From: Thermoproteota archaeon
GTDB lineage: Archaea; Thermoproteota; Methanomethylicia; Methanomethylicales; JAGHCH01
Direction of reading: 5' to 3'
Assembly (NCBI GenBank): GCA_021160575.1
Contig: JAGHCH010000075.1
Location: 1-39,188 of the forward strand
DNA: 39,188 nucleotides
How positions within the stretch are numbered: the stretch's first letter is position 1; each line of letters begins with the position of its first letter. Made by a program: the position numbers and the translations under genes. This document shows positions 7,804 through 15,463 of the stretch, piece after piece. The notes beneath the pieces were generated by a model. It searched no databases. It saw nothing but the letters and a program-made list of their open reading frames with translations, and had not been told where the DNA came from.

Positions 7804-8297
7804 TTCAGTTTTATAAACTCAACTTTAAGGCTGGGCACCTCAAGCAGCGCTATGGTCGCATCGCCAGTTAAGTAGCCGCAACACTCCCCCGGATTCGCAA
7901 TGAGTCCTGAACTCAGCTTCGTGCATTCAAACTGGTGGGTGTGCCCGCACACCACTACATCGTATCTCCCAGAGAGAGCCAATGCCTCGACAATCTCCCG
8001 GTGGAACCCGTGGAGCAGCGCTATCTCAATGCCTTCCACTTTCACTACTCCAAATTCTCCCCTCAGTTCTCCACCAATCTCCTCGTACTTCCTTTTAAGC
8101 CCCTCAACTTCGCCGTCAACATTTCCTAGGACACCTATTAGCTTTGCATCCAGCTCCGCGAACTTCGCCACTGTAAAGGGCGCGTTATGATCTCCTGCAT
8201 GCAGCACCAGCTCCACGCCTCTCCTTTTAAACTCCTTCACAGCTTTCTCCACATTAGAGAGGTTATCATGAGTATCCGCGATCAAGCCCACCAGCAT
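7800..8297 (-). CDS. YfcE/MJ0936-family metallophosphodiesterase
   Basis: 165 aa with motifs LIADTHDN, LHAGDH, LGNVDGE and VCGHTHQ. Confidence 0.9.
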   Translation of the reverse strand: MLVGLIADTHDNLSNVEKAVKEFKRRGVELVLHAGDHNAPFTVAKFAELDAKLIGVLGNVDGEVEGLKRKYEEIGGELRGEFGVVKVEGIEIALLHGFHREIVEALALSGRYDVVVCGHTHQFECTKLSSGLIANPGECCGYLTGDATIALLEVPSLKVEFIKLK

Positions 8298-8311
8298 CTC
8301 ATCTCTCCCTC

Positions 8312-8731
8312 CTAAACACCCATCACTTGAACGACGACCCTCCTCCTGCGGCTTCTCACATCAAGCTCCAAGAACACTATCTGCTGCCAAGTGCCCAAGA
8401 TAAGTTCCCCCTCCACAATAGGCACTGTCAAGCTAGGACCTATCAATGATGCTCTAACATGGCTGTGCCCGTTATGGTCATGCCACATCTTTTCGTGCTC
8501 ATAGTACAGGTCTCTAGGAGCAATTCTCTCCAGAATGTTCATGATGTCCTTCTTCAAGCCCGGCTCATACTCAATGGTGGTGACAGCCCCAGTAGATCCT
8601 GGAACAAAAACAGTCGCTGTTCCATTCAGAACCCCAGACTCCCTAACAGCCTCTCTAACCCTCTCAGTGAGATCTATCACCTCTCCCTCTCCAGAGGTAT
8701 TGAACTCAAGGGTCTTCGTGAAGACCTTCAT
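8312..8731 (-). CDS. YjbQ/UPF0047 family protein (secondary thiamine-phosphate synthase-like)
   Basis: MKVFTKTLEFNTSGEGEVIDLTERV...ATVFVPGSTGAVTTIEYEPGL...HDHNGHSHVRASLIGPS...GTWQQIVFLELD is the typical YjbQ pattern. The ORF track extends to 8761, but ATG 8731 fits the family N-terminus. Confidence 0.9.
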   Translation of the reverse strand: MKVFTKTLEFNTSGEGEVIDLTERVREAVRESGVLNGTATVFVPGSTGAVTTIEYEPGLKKDIMNILERIAPRDLYYEHEKMWHDHNGHSHVRASLIGPSLTVPIVEGELILGTWQQIVFLELDVRSRRRRVVVQVMGV

Positions 8732-8825
8732 GGAAACCACCGCGAAGAAAACTCTATGCAAGGAAAGATTATAACCTTCCCAAATCCACCTACTCTAGCG
8801 TCATCATCCAAGAGGGATAGTCTCC

Positions 8826-9563
8826 TTGATCGACACGTTGCTCTGGATCGGCTGTACCTCAAGCTTCCGAACCATTGAAGTCGCTAAAGCGGCCTATGCA
8901 GCCCTCAAAAAGCTCAACGTCTCCTTCACCTACCTAGGCGGCGAAGAAGGGTGCTGTGGCTCTGTATTTCTGAGGGCTGGAATGAAGGAGCTTGTAGGGC
9001 AGCTGGCCGCGAGGAATAAGGCTCAGTTTGAAGAGTTAAAGGTGCGGAGACTCGTGACTCCCTGCGCTGGCTGCTTCAGAACCTTCAGCCTAGACTACCC
9101 CCAGCTCCTCGAAGGCTTCTCCGTGGAGGTTCTTCACATCTCCCAGCTCTTCGAGGAACTGCTGCCTAGGGCGGATCTCAAGCCGCTGCCCTTAAGGGTG
9201 GCCTACCACGATCCCTGCCACCTTGCAAGGCACTGCGGCGTCTACGATGCTCCGAGAAATGCACTTGCTGAAATCCCCAAGCTACAGCTTGTGGAGTTGC
9301 CTCTAAACCGTGAGAAGGCACTGTGCTGTGGAGCTGGAGGTGGTGTGAGAGCTGCGTATCCTGAAGTGGCCTTGGAGCTCGCCCGCCAGATTCTTGAGGA
9401 GGCTGCTCAAGTTGGAGCAGAAGTTCTAGCTTCGAGCTGTCCTTTCTGCCTCCTAAACCCCAGAGAGGCTTCTCGAAGCTTCAACGGGATCAAAGTCCTC
9501 GATATCACTGAACTCGTCTACGCATCTTTAACTGGGAGGATCTCCCATGTCATGGTTCGATGA
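8826..9563 (+). CDS. lutA: LutA/GlpC/HdrB-like (Fe-S) oxidoreductase with two CCG cysteine-rich domains
   Basis: 245 aa with two CCG-domain Cys patterns: WIGC...CCGS...PCAGC and HDPCH...CCGAGGG...SCPFC. It overlaps the downstream LutB-like gene by 17 nt. Confidence 0.8.
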   Translation: MIDTLLWIGCTSSFRTIEVAKAAYAALKKLNVSFTYLGGEEGCCGSVFLRAGMKELVGQLAARNKAQFEELKVRRLVTPCAGCFRTFSLDYPQLLEGFSVEVLHISQLFEELLPRADLKPLPLRVAYHDPCHLARHCGVYDAPRNALAEIPKLQLVELPLNREKALCCGAGGGVRAAYPEVALELARQILEEAAQVGAEVLASSCPFCLLNPREASRSFNGIKVLDITELVYASLTGRISHVMVR

Positions 9564-10860
9564 GAGCAGAGAGCTGCTGATCTCTGCATTGAAGGACGCT
9601 GCTAGACGCACAGCTCTAGCTAGAGCCGTCGAAGCATACACCTCTGCTAAGTATAGCGTCCTTCCCAGTATCCCCGACTTAGACGAGCTCTCCCAGCAGG
9701 TTAGAGAGGTCAAGGAAAAGGCTGTTCAAATGCTTGAGGAGCTTGCCAAGCAGGCGAAGGAATCCATCGAAAGAGCGAGCGGGCACGCCTACATAGCAAG
9801 GACAGCTGAAGAAGCCCTCAAGATAGCCGAGCAAATCATAGGCTCTGGAAAAACCATAGTCAAATCCAAGTCTCTAACGGCTGAAGAAATTAAACTTAGG
9901 AAATTCCTTGAAGCCAAGGGTAACCGAGTCATTGAAACTGACTTGGGAGAATTCATTGTTCAGCTAAGAGGTGAAACGCCTACTCACATTGTTAACCCTG
10001 CAATTCACGTCCCTCGAGAAGCTGTAGCTGAACTCTTCTCCAAGATGGTTGGACGGCGGCTTCCTTCCGATATCCCCCATCTAGTGGCTATGGCCAGAGA
10101 GCTACTCAGAGAGGAGTTCTTTAGAGCAGAGGTAGGGGTCAGCGGCGCCAATGTGATAGCCGCCGACACGGGCACCATATTCATCCTTGAGAATGAAGGT
10201 AACGCTCGCTTTGTCACTAACGCTCCGCCAGTCCACGTCTGCATAGCTGGCTTCGAGAAGGTGGTCCCATCCATACGCGACGCTTTCAACGTGGTGCGCC
10301 TACTACCTCCCTATGCCACCGGAATAATGATGGCTGGCTACGTCTCCATGATCACCGGTCCAAGTAAAACAGCCGACATAGAGAAGACGGTTGCCTACGG
10401 GGTGCACGGGCCGAAGGAGCTGCATGTCATTCTACTAGACAACGGCAGGATCGAAATGGCTAAGCACCCAGTGCTCAGGGAAGCCCTTTACTGCATCCGC
10501 TGCGGGGGCTGCCTCTACGAGTGCCCCATCTACAGAATATTAGACGGCTTCTTTGGAGCCAACTACTTCGCTGGTATAGGGGTTCCATGGGTTATGTACA
10601 CGCGAAGTCCCCAAGAAGCAGCCTTCTTCGCCTACGCCTGCACCACCTGCGGCAGATGCAGGGAGCTATGCCCATTGAGAATCGACATCCCCTCCATAGT
10701 AGAGGCTTGCAGGGCTATTCTTAGAGAGAAGGGCTTCACCGTTCCAAGGCATATGCAACTAGCTGAAAACTTCTTAAAAGAGCTTAACCCCTACGGAGAG
10801 CCTAAGAATAAAAGAGCCAGCTGGCTTCAGCAAAGTGAAAGTATGCGAAAGGGCTTCTAG
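9547..10860 (+). CDS. lutB: LutB-like iron-sulfur protein (LUD/DUF162 domain plus 2x[4Fe-4S])
   Basis: 437 aa. The LUD core is VSGANVIAADTGTIFILENEGNARF. Ferredoxin motifs are CIRCGGCLYECP and CTTCGRCRELCP. Confidence 0.85.
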   Translation: MSWFDESRELLISALKDAARRTALARAVEAYTSAKYSVLPSIPDLDELSQQVREVKEKAVQMLEELAKQAKESIERASGHAYIARTAEEALKIAEQIIGSGKTIVKSKSLTAEEIKLRKFLEAKGNRVIETDLGEFIVQLRGETPTHIVNPAIHVPREAVAELFSKMVGRRLPSDIPHLVAMARELLREEFFRAEVGVSGANVIAADTGTIFILENEGNARFVTNAPPVHVCIAGFEKVVPSIRDAFNVVRLLPPYATGIMMAGYVSMITGPSKTADIEKTVAYGVHGPKELHVILLDNGRIEMAKHPVLREALYCIRCGGCLYECPIYRILDGFFGANYFAGIGVPWVMYTRSPQEAAFFAYACTTCGRCRELCPLRIDIPSIVEACRAILREKGFTVPRHMQLAENFLKELNPYGEPKNKRASWLQQSESMRKGF

Positions 10861-11465
10861 ATGCGGACGCCCTCTTGCTCCTCCACTGGTATCGGCGGTA
10901 GCTTGGATTTCAGCTGTTGCTCTGCTACGGCAGCGGCCTCCTCTAAGATCTTCCTTGCTTCCTCGCTCACATAGCCAGGCTCTGGCGTTACACCAGTGGT
11001 TTGCGTCGCCTCCACCAGCAGATCTGTGAATAGATCACTAAGATCAGAGAACGTCTTGTCAGCTTCAGGAGTGAGAGCTGCAACTCCAGCTCTGATGTTC
11101 TTCACGACGTCCAGTGCTGGGGCCACTATACTGACGATGTCACCGAAGTCCCTAATGGTAGTTAGTCTCATGGCTATTTGCTTGAAGGCTAACATGGCTA
11201 GGTATACGTTCCTGTGAAGTTTTCTCACCTCAGCTAATTCAGTGGCGTAAATCCTAGCCCTCGCCATATCTCCAGAGCTGTAGTATTTGACTACCCTTTC
11301 AAAGAGCTCTCTGTCCTTTATTGCTAGTCTAGCTGAAGCTTGCTCAAAAAGAGCTATTTGCCTGTTAATGGTTCGAATAGCTTGCTCTAATCTAGGTTTA
11401 AACGGCGCAGACACGCTACCTCCTCCACTCTCTCTGGGCTCCCATCTTTCAACAAATTTACTCAT
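10857..11465 (-). CDS. ESCRT-III / Snf7-family protein (CdvB-like paralogue B)
   Basis: 202 aa. PRLEQAIRTINRQIALFEQASARLAIKDRELFERVVKYYSSGDMARARIYATELAEVRK aligns residue for residue with paralogue A. The C-terminal proline motif is KLPPIPVEE. Its stop shares the tetranucleotide CTAG with the lutB stop. Confidence 0.75.
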   Translation of the reverse strand: MSKFVERWEPRESGGGSVSAPFKPRLEQAIRTINRQIALFEQASARLAIKDRELFERVVKYYSSGDMARARIYATELAEVRKLHRNVYLAMLAFKQIAMRLTTIRDFGDIVSIVAPALDVVKNIRAGVAALTPEADKTFSDLSDLFTDLLVEATQTTGVTPEPGYVSEEARKILEEAAAVAEQQLKSKLPPIPVEEQEGVRI

Positions 11466-11609
11466 AGCAATCTCCCACTGCTTGTAGGTAAAAGTGCAAG
11501 CCCGCCACTTAAAAGGGTTTCCAGCGTTCGTGAGGAAGCATCTACTGGTATAACATTATATGCCGGGATCAGAAATTATGTTTTCACGTGGAAGGAGGGG
11601 AGAACTAAT

Positions 11610-11915
11610 ATGCCTGGCTTCTGCTGGCGTTGGAGGCATGTTCACGGTCCTGGAAGGCCTATGAAACCTAGGATGATCTCCGAGAAGCCCAAAGTAGTGA
11701 GTTTCAACCCTGTAGGAGGAAGAGGAGAGCCTATCACGTTAACTTTAGATGAGTTCGAAGCCCTTAAGCTGGTGGATTACCTTGGTTTTCTTCAAGAGGA
11801 GGCGGCCTTTAAGATGGGTGTTTCACGAGGCACTCTTTGGAGATGCTTAAATAATGCTAGGCGTAAGGTTGCAGCTATGATAGTGGAGGGAAGACCTCTT
11901 CGAATAGTGGACTGA
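11610..11915 (+). CDS. DUF134/UPF0251 family DNA-binding protein
   Basis: GRPMKPRMI...F.P...TLTLDEFEALKLVDYLGFLQEEAAFKMGVSRGTLWRCLNNARRKVAAMIVEG is the characteristic DUF134 pattern (sigma-70 region-4-like HTH). An SD ggagggg lies upstream. Confidence 0.8.
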   Translation: MPGFCWRWRHVHGPGRPMKPRMISEKPKVVSFNPVGGRGEPITLTLDEFEALKLVDYLGFLQEEAAFKMGVSRGTLWRCLNNARRKVAAMIVEGRPLRIVD

Positions 11916-11916
11916 T

Positions 11917-12300
11917 TTAGCTCTTCTGCAGCCTCTCTATAAACTCTACTAGCTTCTGTAGGGTCTCCTTGCTAATGGTGTGCTCTATGGCGCAAGCATC
12001 TCGATACGCGATCTTCTCATTTACTCCTAAAACTTCTTTGAAGAACTGCTGGAGGACTTGATGCCTTCTATAGATCTCTCTAGCTGCTTTCTCTCCTTCC
12101 TCTGTTAAGACGAGTTCACCATACCTCTCATGCTTGAGGAAGCCGCGCTCCGCAAGTCTCTTTACGGCCTCTGAAACGCTGGCTTCTCTCACTTTAAGGT
12201 GCTCTGCCACGTCTTTTACTCGCACGGTGCTAGTCTTCCGTGAGATCAAGTAGATGGCTTCAAGGTAGTCTTCTAGGGAGGCTGTCAAGCCGACAGCCAT
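11917..12300 (-). CDS. DtxR/MntR-family metal-dependent transcriptional regulator (N-terminal DNA-binding and dimerisation domains only)
   Basis: LEDYLEAIYLISRKTSTVRVKDVAEHLKVREASVSEAVKRLAERGFL...LTEEGEKAAREIYRRHQVLQQFF is the typical family sequence. Confidence 0.85.
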   Translation of the reverse strand: MAVGLTASLEDYLEAIYLISRKTSTVRVKDVAEHLKVREASVSEAVKRLAERGFLKHERYGELVLTEEGEKAAREIYRRHQVLQQFFKEVLGVNEKIAYRDACAIEHTISKETLQKLVEFIERLQKS

Positions 12301-12414
12301 AGGTGAGTCCCTCTGGCAATTCTAACTTTGTGCAAACGCACTTAAAAAGCAGAGGCTATGTGTTTTCAGCTACTTGACTCCTGCATCTTGAAGGGAGGCT
12401 TAGGATAGAGAAGC

Positions 12415-13269
12415 TTATTTCTTGCTGCGCCTAGCCTTGGAGTACAGCTTCTTGAGAAGAAGCGCGTCTCCTTCAATGTTAGGGGATTCACTGATGATAA
12501 CTCCTTCAACCTTGAAATCCTTTAAAGCCTTCACCAAGTCGCGGTAGTTGAAGTCCGATTCCTCTAGGTTGAGGTGCTTGATCTCCCCCTTCTCGCCATA
12601 CTCTATCCCGGAAAAGTGCATGTGCATGTTTCTTAAGCACTCCCTGCCGAGCCTCTTCTCAAGCAGCTCGAAAATAGATGCTATTTCTTCATAGGTGTTG
12701 TATCCTCCAACGCTTCTGGCATGAAGATGGGCAAAATCTACGCAGGGGAGAACCCCCTCAATCTCCTCGCTGAGTCCCACTACCTCCTCAAGACTTCCAA
12801 ACTCGGCTAAGCCGCCAGCAGTCTCTGGGCGAACCCAGACCTCCACCCCCTCATCCTTCAAGGTCGCCATAATCCTCTCTAAGCTCTCCTTAACCCGGCT
12901 ATAGACCACTTGAGGCTCATCCTCACCATAGTAGGCGGCGTGGAAGACGATAGACCAACCGCCCACCTTGTGAGCCACCCTCGCCGTATCCAAGATTCTC
13001 TTAATACTTGCCTCCACCTTCTCCTTTTCTGGAGAGTTCAGGTTCACGTAATAGGGGGCATGCGCCGTTAAGACCACCTTAGCCTCCTCAGCTACCTTCT
13101 TCACCCTCTGAGCCAAGGAATCGCTCATCCTCACCCCATACACAAACTCCAATTCCATGGCATCCAAGCCAAGCTCCCTAACTCTCACTATCCCCTCAAT
13201 ACTCCCCTTCTTAGGAGTGCTCACGGGTACTCCAGCTGTTCCAAAGAGAAGCCCCTTAACAGGCTTCAA
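12415..13269 (-). CDS. Endonuclease IV-like TIM-barrel protein (AP endonuclease family 2 / xylose-isomerase-like fold)
   Basis: 284 aa. FGTAGVP...GLDAMELEFVYGV...LTAHAPYYVNLNS...IVFHAAYY...RPETAG...VDFAHLHAR...HMHFSGIEYGEKGEIKHL fits the archaeal Nfo-like metal-site pattern. TTG start. Confidence 0.75.
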   Translation of the reverse strand: MKPVKGLLFGTAGVPVSTPKKGSIEGIVRVRELGLDAMELEFVYGVRMSDSLAQRVKKVAEEAKVVLTAHAPYYVNLNSPEKEKVEASIKRILDTARVAHKVGGWSIVFHAAYYGEDEPQVVYSRVKESLERIMATLKDEGVEVWVRPETAGGLAEFGSLEEVVGLSEEIEGVLPCVDFAHLHARSVGGYNTYEEIASIFELLEKRLGRECLRNMHMHFSGIEYGEKGEIKHLNLEESDFNYRDLVKALKDFKVEGVIISESPNIEGDALLLKKLYSKARRSKK

Positions 13270-13417
13270 TTTCTAAACACCTCTCAGAGAAAAGTTGTGT
13301 AAAGCTTAAACTAAATAGATGTCTACTTGACACACTATTATATTAAACCTTTTTAGGGGGCATTAAACCATCTAGATATTGCTGTAAGCCAGCTTTAGCG
13401 GCTAGAGGGCCTACCTA

Positions 13418-14287
13418 ATGGAGATCCTAGATGCCTTCCTCTCGGTACTCGCTGCCCTTGCAATAGCTGTAGTAGCCTTCTACACCGTGAGAAAAGGGGT
13501 TTCAGAGCTTCTCCACAGAGTAGCACCCAAGAACCCAGCAGCAGCCACTGCAATAGCTTTCATCATCAAGGTTCTAGCAGCTGTGTGTGTCCTCGTCACA
13601 GTAATCTCTGTTATCTCCTACCTCTGGCCAGCAGCCAGCGTAAGCCTTCTAGGTCTTCTCACAGCAGCTGGGTTTGCAGGTATTATCATCGGTTTAGCTG
13701 CCCAAAGCAGCTTAAGCCACGTCTTCGCCGGACTAGTGGTAGCCTTCTCCCAGCCTATCAGAGTTGGCGACGTGGTCTACTACCAGAATGAGTACGGGGT
13801 TGTAGAGTCTATAGGGCTGATGCACACAGTCATCAAGCTGAGAAACGGCGTAAGAGTGGTGGTACCCAACAGCGATCTTATAGCCCGAGATATCGTTAAT
13901 CTCAGCCTCAAGGATCCCTTGACGGCTGCCACCGTAGATGTGGGCATAAGCTATGAATCAGATTTAAAAAAGGCGATTGAAGCCATGCTGGAGGCATGCC
14001 ATGAAGTGGACCACATAGTCTCCAAGCCTCCGCCAGAAGTAATAGTCACAGGTTTCGGAGAATCCAGCATCAACTTGAGGCTTTACGCTTGGCTTAAGAA
14101 GCCCTGGTACAAGAGAATAGTGGAAAGCCTCCTCTACCAAAAGGTCTTTGAGAAGTTTAAGCTCTACGGGGTAGAAATCCCATACCCGAGGAGAGTAGTG
14201 CTCCTTCCCCAGCAGAAGGCTGAAGTGCCAGTAGAGATAACAGAGACACTTGGCTTAAGCAATCCCGGTCAAGACCCCAAAACTTAA
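13418..14287 (+). CDS. Small-conductance mechanosensitive channel (MscS family)
   Basis: 289 aa with three N-terminal TM segments, then GLAAQSSLSHVFAGLVVAFSQPIRVGDVV (the MscS pore/beta-domain signature). Confidence 0.9.
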   Translation: MEILDAFLSVLAALAIAVVAFYTVRKGVSELLHRVAPKNPAAATAIAFIIKVLAAVCVLVTVISVISYLWPAASVSLLGLLTAAGFAGIIIGLAAQSSLSHVFAGLVVAFSQPIRVGDVVYYQNEYGVVESIGLMHTVIKLRNGVRVVVPNSDLIARDIVNLSLKDPLTAATVDVGISYESDLKKAIEAMLEACHEVDHIVSKPPPEVIVTGFGESSINLRLYAWLKKPWYKRIVESLLYQKVFEKFKLYGVEIPYPRRVVLLPQQKAEVPVEITETLGLSNPGQDPKT

Positions 14288-14313
14288 ATCGATTCATAGA
14301 CGCTATAAAGTAT

Positions 14314-14371
14314 GGCGATGATCACCCATTGCAGTGCTGACCTAGATGATGTGTGACTCCAATGGTGAGCC
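14314..14371 (+). ncRNA. Candidate C/D-box sRNA (2'-O-methylation guide), 58 nt
   Basis: Read directly: GGCG-AUGAUCA(C)-CCCAUUGCAGUG(12 nt)-CUGA(D')-CCUAG-AUGAUGU(C')-GUGACUCCAAUG(12 nt)-GUGA(D)-GCC. Both guides are exactly 12 nt. The C-box G6>C and D-box C1>G changes are mutually compensatory for the G6:C1 pair. The GGC/GCC flanks can pair. It lies in the 113-nt gap after the mscS stop. Confidence 0.45.
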
Positions 14372-14400
14372 ACACGCTAAGGCGGGGTGAGGGTTAACCA

Positions 14401-14607
14401 TTGGGAAAGACTGTAAGGCTTGAGGACTTACTCCGAGGAAAGCAAAAAGTAGTTGAGGAGATTTTAAAGGATCTCAGCCCTGAAGTTAGGGAGAAAGTTC
14501 TGGAGACCCTAAGCACCAGCAGAACCCTCGATGAACTTCAGGAGAACCTACGAATGCTCCTAGGGGTGGGCACAGCAAGGAAAATCATGAAGAAGCTAAC
14601 CCTCTAA
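14401..14607 (+). CDS. Small hypothetical protein (68 aa) with a C-terminal helix-hairpin-helix-like LLGVGTARKIMKKL
   Basis: TTG start preceded by the SD-like ggggtgaggg. Helical, charged composition. No family recognised. Confidence 0.45.
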   Translation: MGKTVRLEDLLRGKQKVVEEILKDLSPEVREKVLETLSTSRTLDELQENLRMLLGVGTARKIMKKLTL

Positions 14608-14660
14608 CCACATATTACGCGAGCACAGCGAATACTGTTTCAGTGTTAATCAGAGAAGCA

Positions 14661-14670
14661 ATATATATTT
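14661..14670 (+). promoter_or_regulatory. TATA box (atatatattt) for the 14732 operon
   Basis: This A/T block overlaps the TTG (14669) used by the ORF track, which argues that the real start is ATG 14732. That ATG has the SD-like gaggggg at 14721-14727. Confidence 0.5.
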
Positions 14671-14731
14671 GGTTAAGGCAATAAAGTCTAACACTTACCT
14701 GCTAGAGATCATCCTTCATAGAGGGGGCCTC

Positions 14732-15463
14732 ATGCCAGACGAAAAAGTCATAGAAATTACTATTGACGCTAAAACATTGCTCCTCGTGGCGATATCAGTT
14801 GCAGTTGTGATTTCTCTCATCAGCGTTTACGCATCTCCATGGATCACCGAGCACGAGAAAGCTCCCTCCCTAGACATCATAGACTTCAAGGTCAAAGTAA
14901 TTGCTCCAAACGGCACTGTCTTCCTTTACGACTGCGACACCAATCTCATAACGCCCGGCGTGGTAAACGTCTTCAAGAAGTACAATGCTACAGCAGGGGT
15001 CACGCTGCTTGGCACAGTTAATAAAGTGAAGCTCTCTAATGGCTCGAGGGTTATTTTCTCCCTGACTTTAAGTGCAGCTGCCGGCTACTTCGCCCCCCAT
15101 GGTCCCTATGTCTCCTACTATCTATACCCATATGGCTACTACTACCCATACTACACCTATCCATATGCTTATTACTACTACTTCTTCCCGCCAGCGAAGC
15201 CCATCAGCTTCACGGCTATAGTGAACATCTGGTTCAGCAAGCTCTCCGGCATCTACTCCTGCGCCCTCGACTATAATGCTTCAAGCATGCTTCCAGATGC
15301 CATCAAGACCGTGGATGTCCCATTCTTGATTCCATCAAGTGCTCTTCCAGGATGCTACAACGCCTCCATCTACGTCTGGGACTCACTGTTACCTAGCGGA
15401 GGTTTGAGAAAAGCCATTGACAGCGGCTTCTACATCGTGCCCTTGGAGGTTGTCACCACATGA
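14732..15463 (+). CDS. N-terminally anchored extracytoplasmic protein with a Tyr/Pro-rich low-complexity block
   Basis: 243 aa from ATG 14732. One TM segment, LLLVAISVAVVISLISVYA. N-x-S/T sequons NGT, NAT, NGS, NAS and NAS. The block GYFAPHGPYVSYYLYPYGYYYPYYTYPYAYYYYFFPP is encoded at 15086-15193. Its stop overlaps the next ATG (ATGA). Confidence 0.7.
   Translation: MPDEKVIEITIDAKTLLLVAISVAVVISLISVYASPWITEHEKAPSLDIIDFKVKVIAPNGTVFLYDCDTNLITPGVVNVFKKYNATAGVTLLGTVNKVKLSNGSRVIFSLTLSAAAGYFAPHGPYVSYYLYPYGYYYPYYTYPYAYYYYFFPPAKPISFTAIVNIWFSKLSGIYSCALDYNASSMLPDAIKTVDVPFLIPSSALPGCYNASIYVWDSLLPSGGLRKAIDSGFYIVPLEVVTT

Noticed and set aside
8795-8815. A consensus C box (AUGAUGA) on the minus strand in the yjbQ / lutA intergenic region. 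Similar UGAUGA hits occur inside coding regions near 23145, 26507, 13550, 21915, 22885, 23170 and 23295.
   Set aside because: None has CUGA (or the GUGA variant) 12 nt downstream, and none has a second C'/D' pair. Isolated heptamer matches are expected by chance.
12330-12341. GTGC-aaac-GCAC, lying between the TATA-like element and the start of the DtxR-family gene, as a possible metal-regulator operator.
   Set aside because: The arms are only 4 bp and there is no resemblance to known DtxR/MntR boxes. This is within chance expectation.
14669-14731. The 21-codon N-terminal extension of the Tyr-rich protein from TTG 14669 that the ORF track uses.
   Set aside because: The TTG lies inside the atatatattt TATA box. 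ATG 14732 has an SD-like gaggggg and directly precedes the charged-then-hydrophobic anchor. The extension is therefore probably untranslated.
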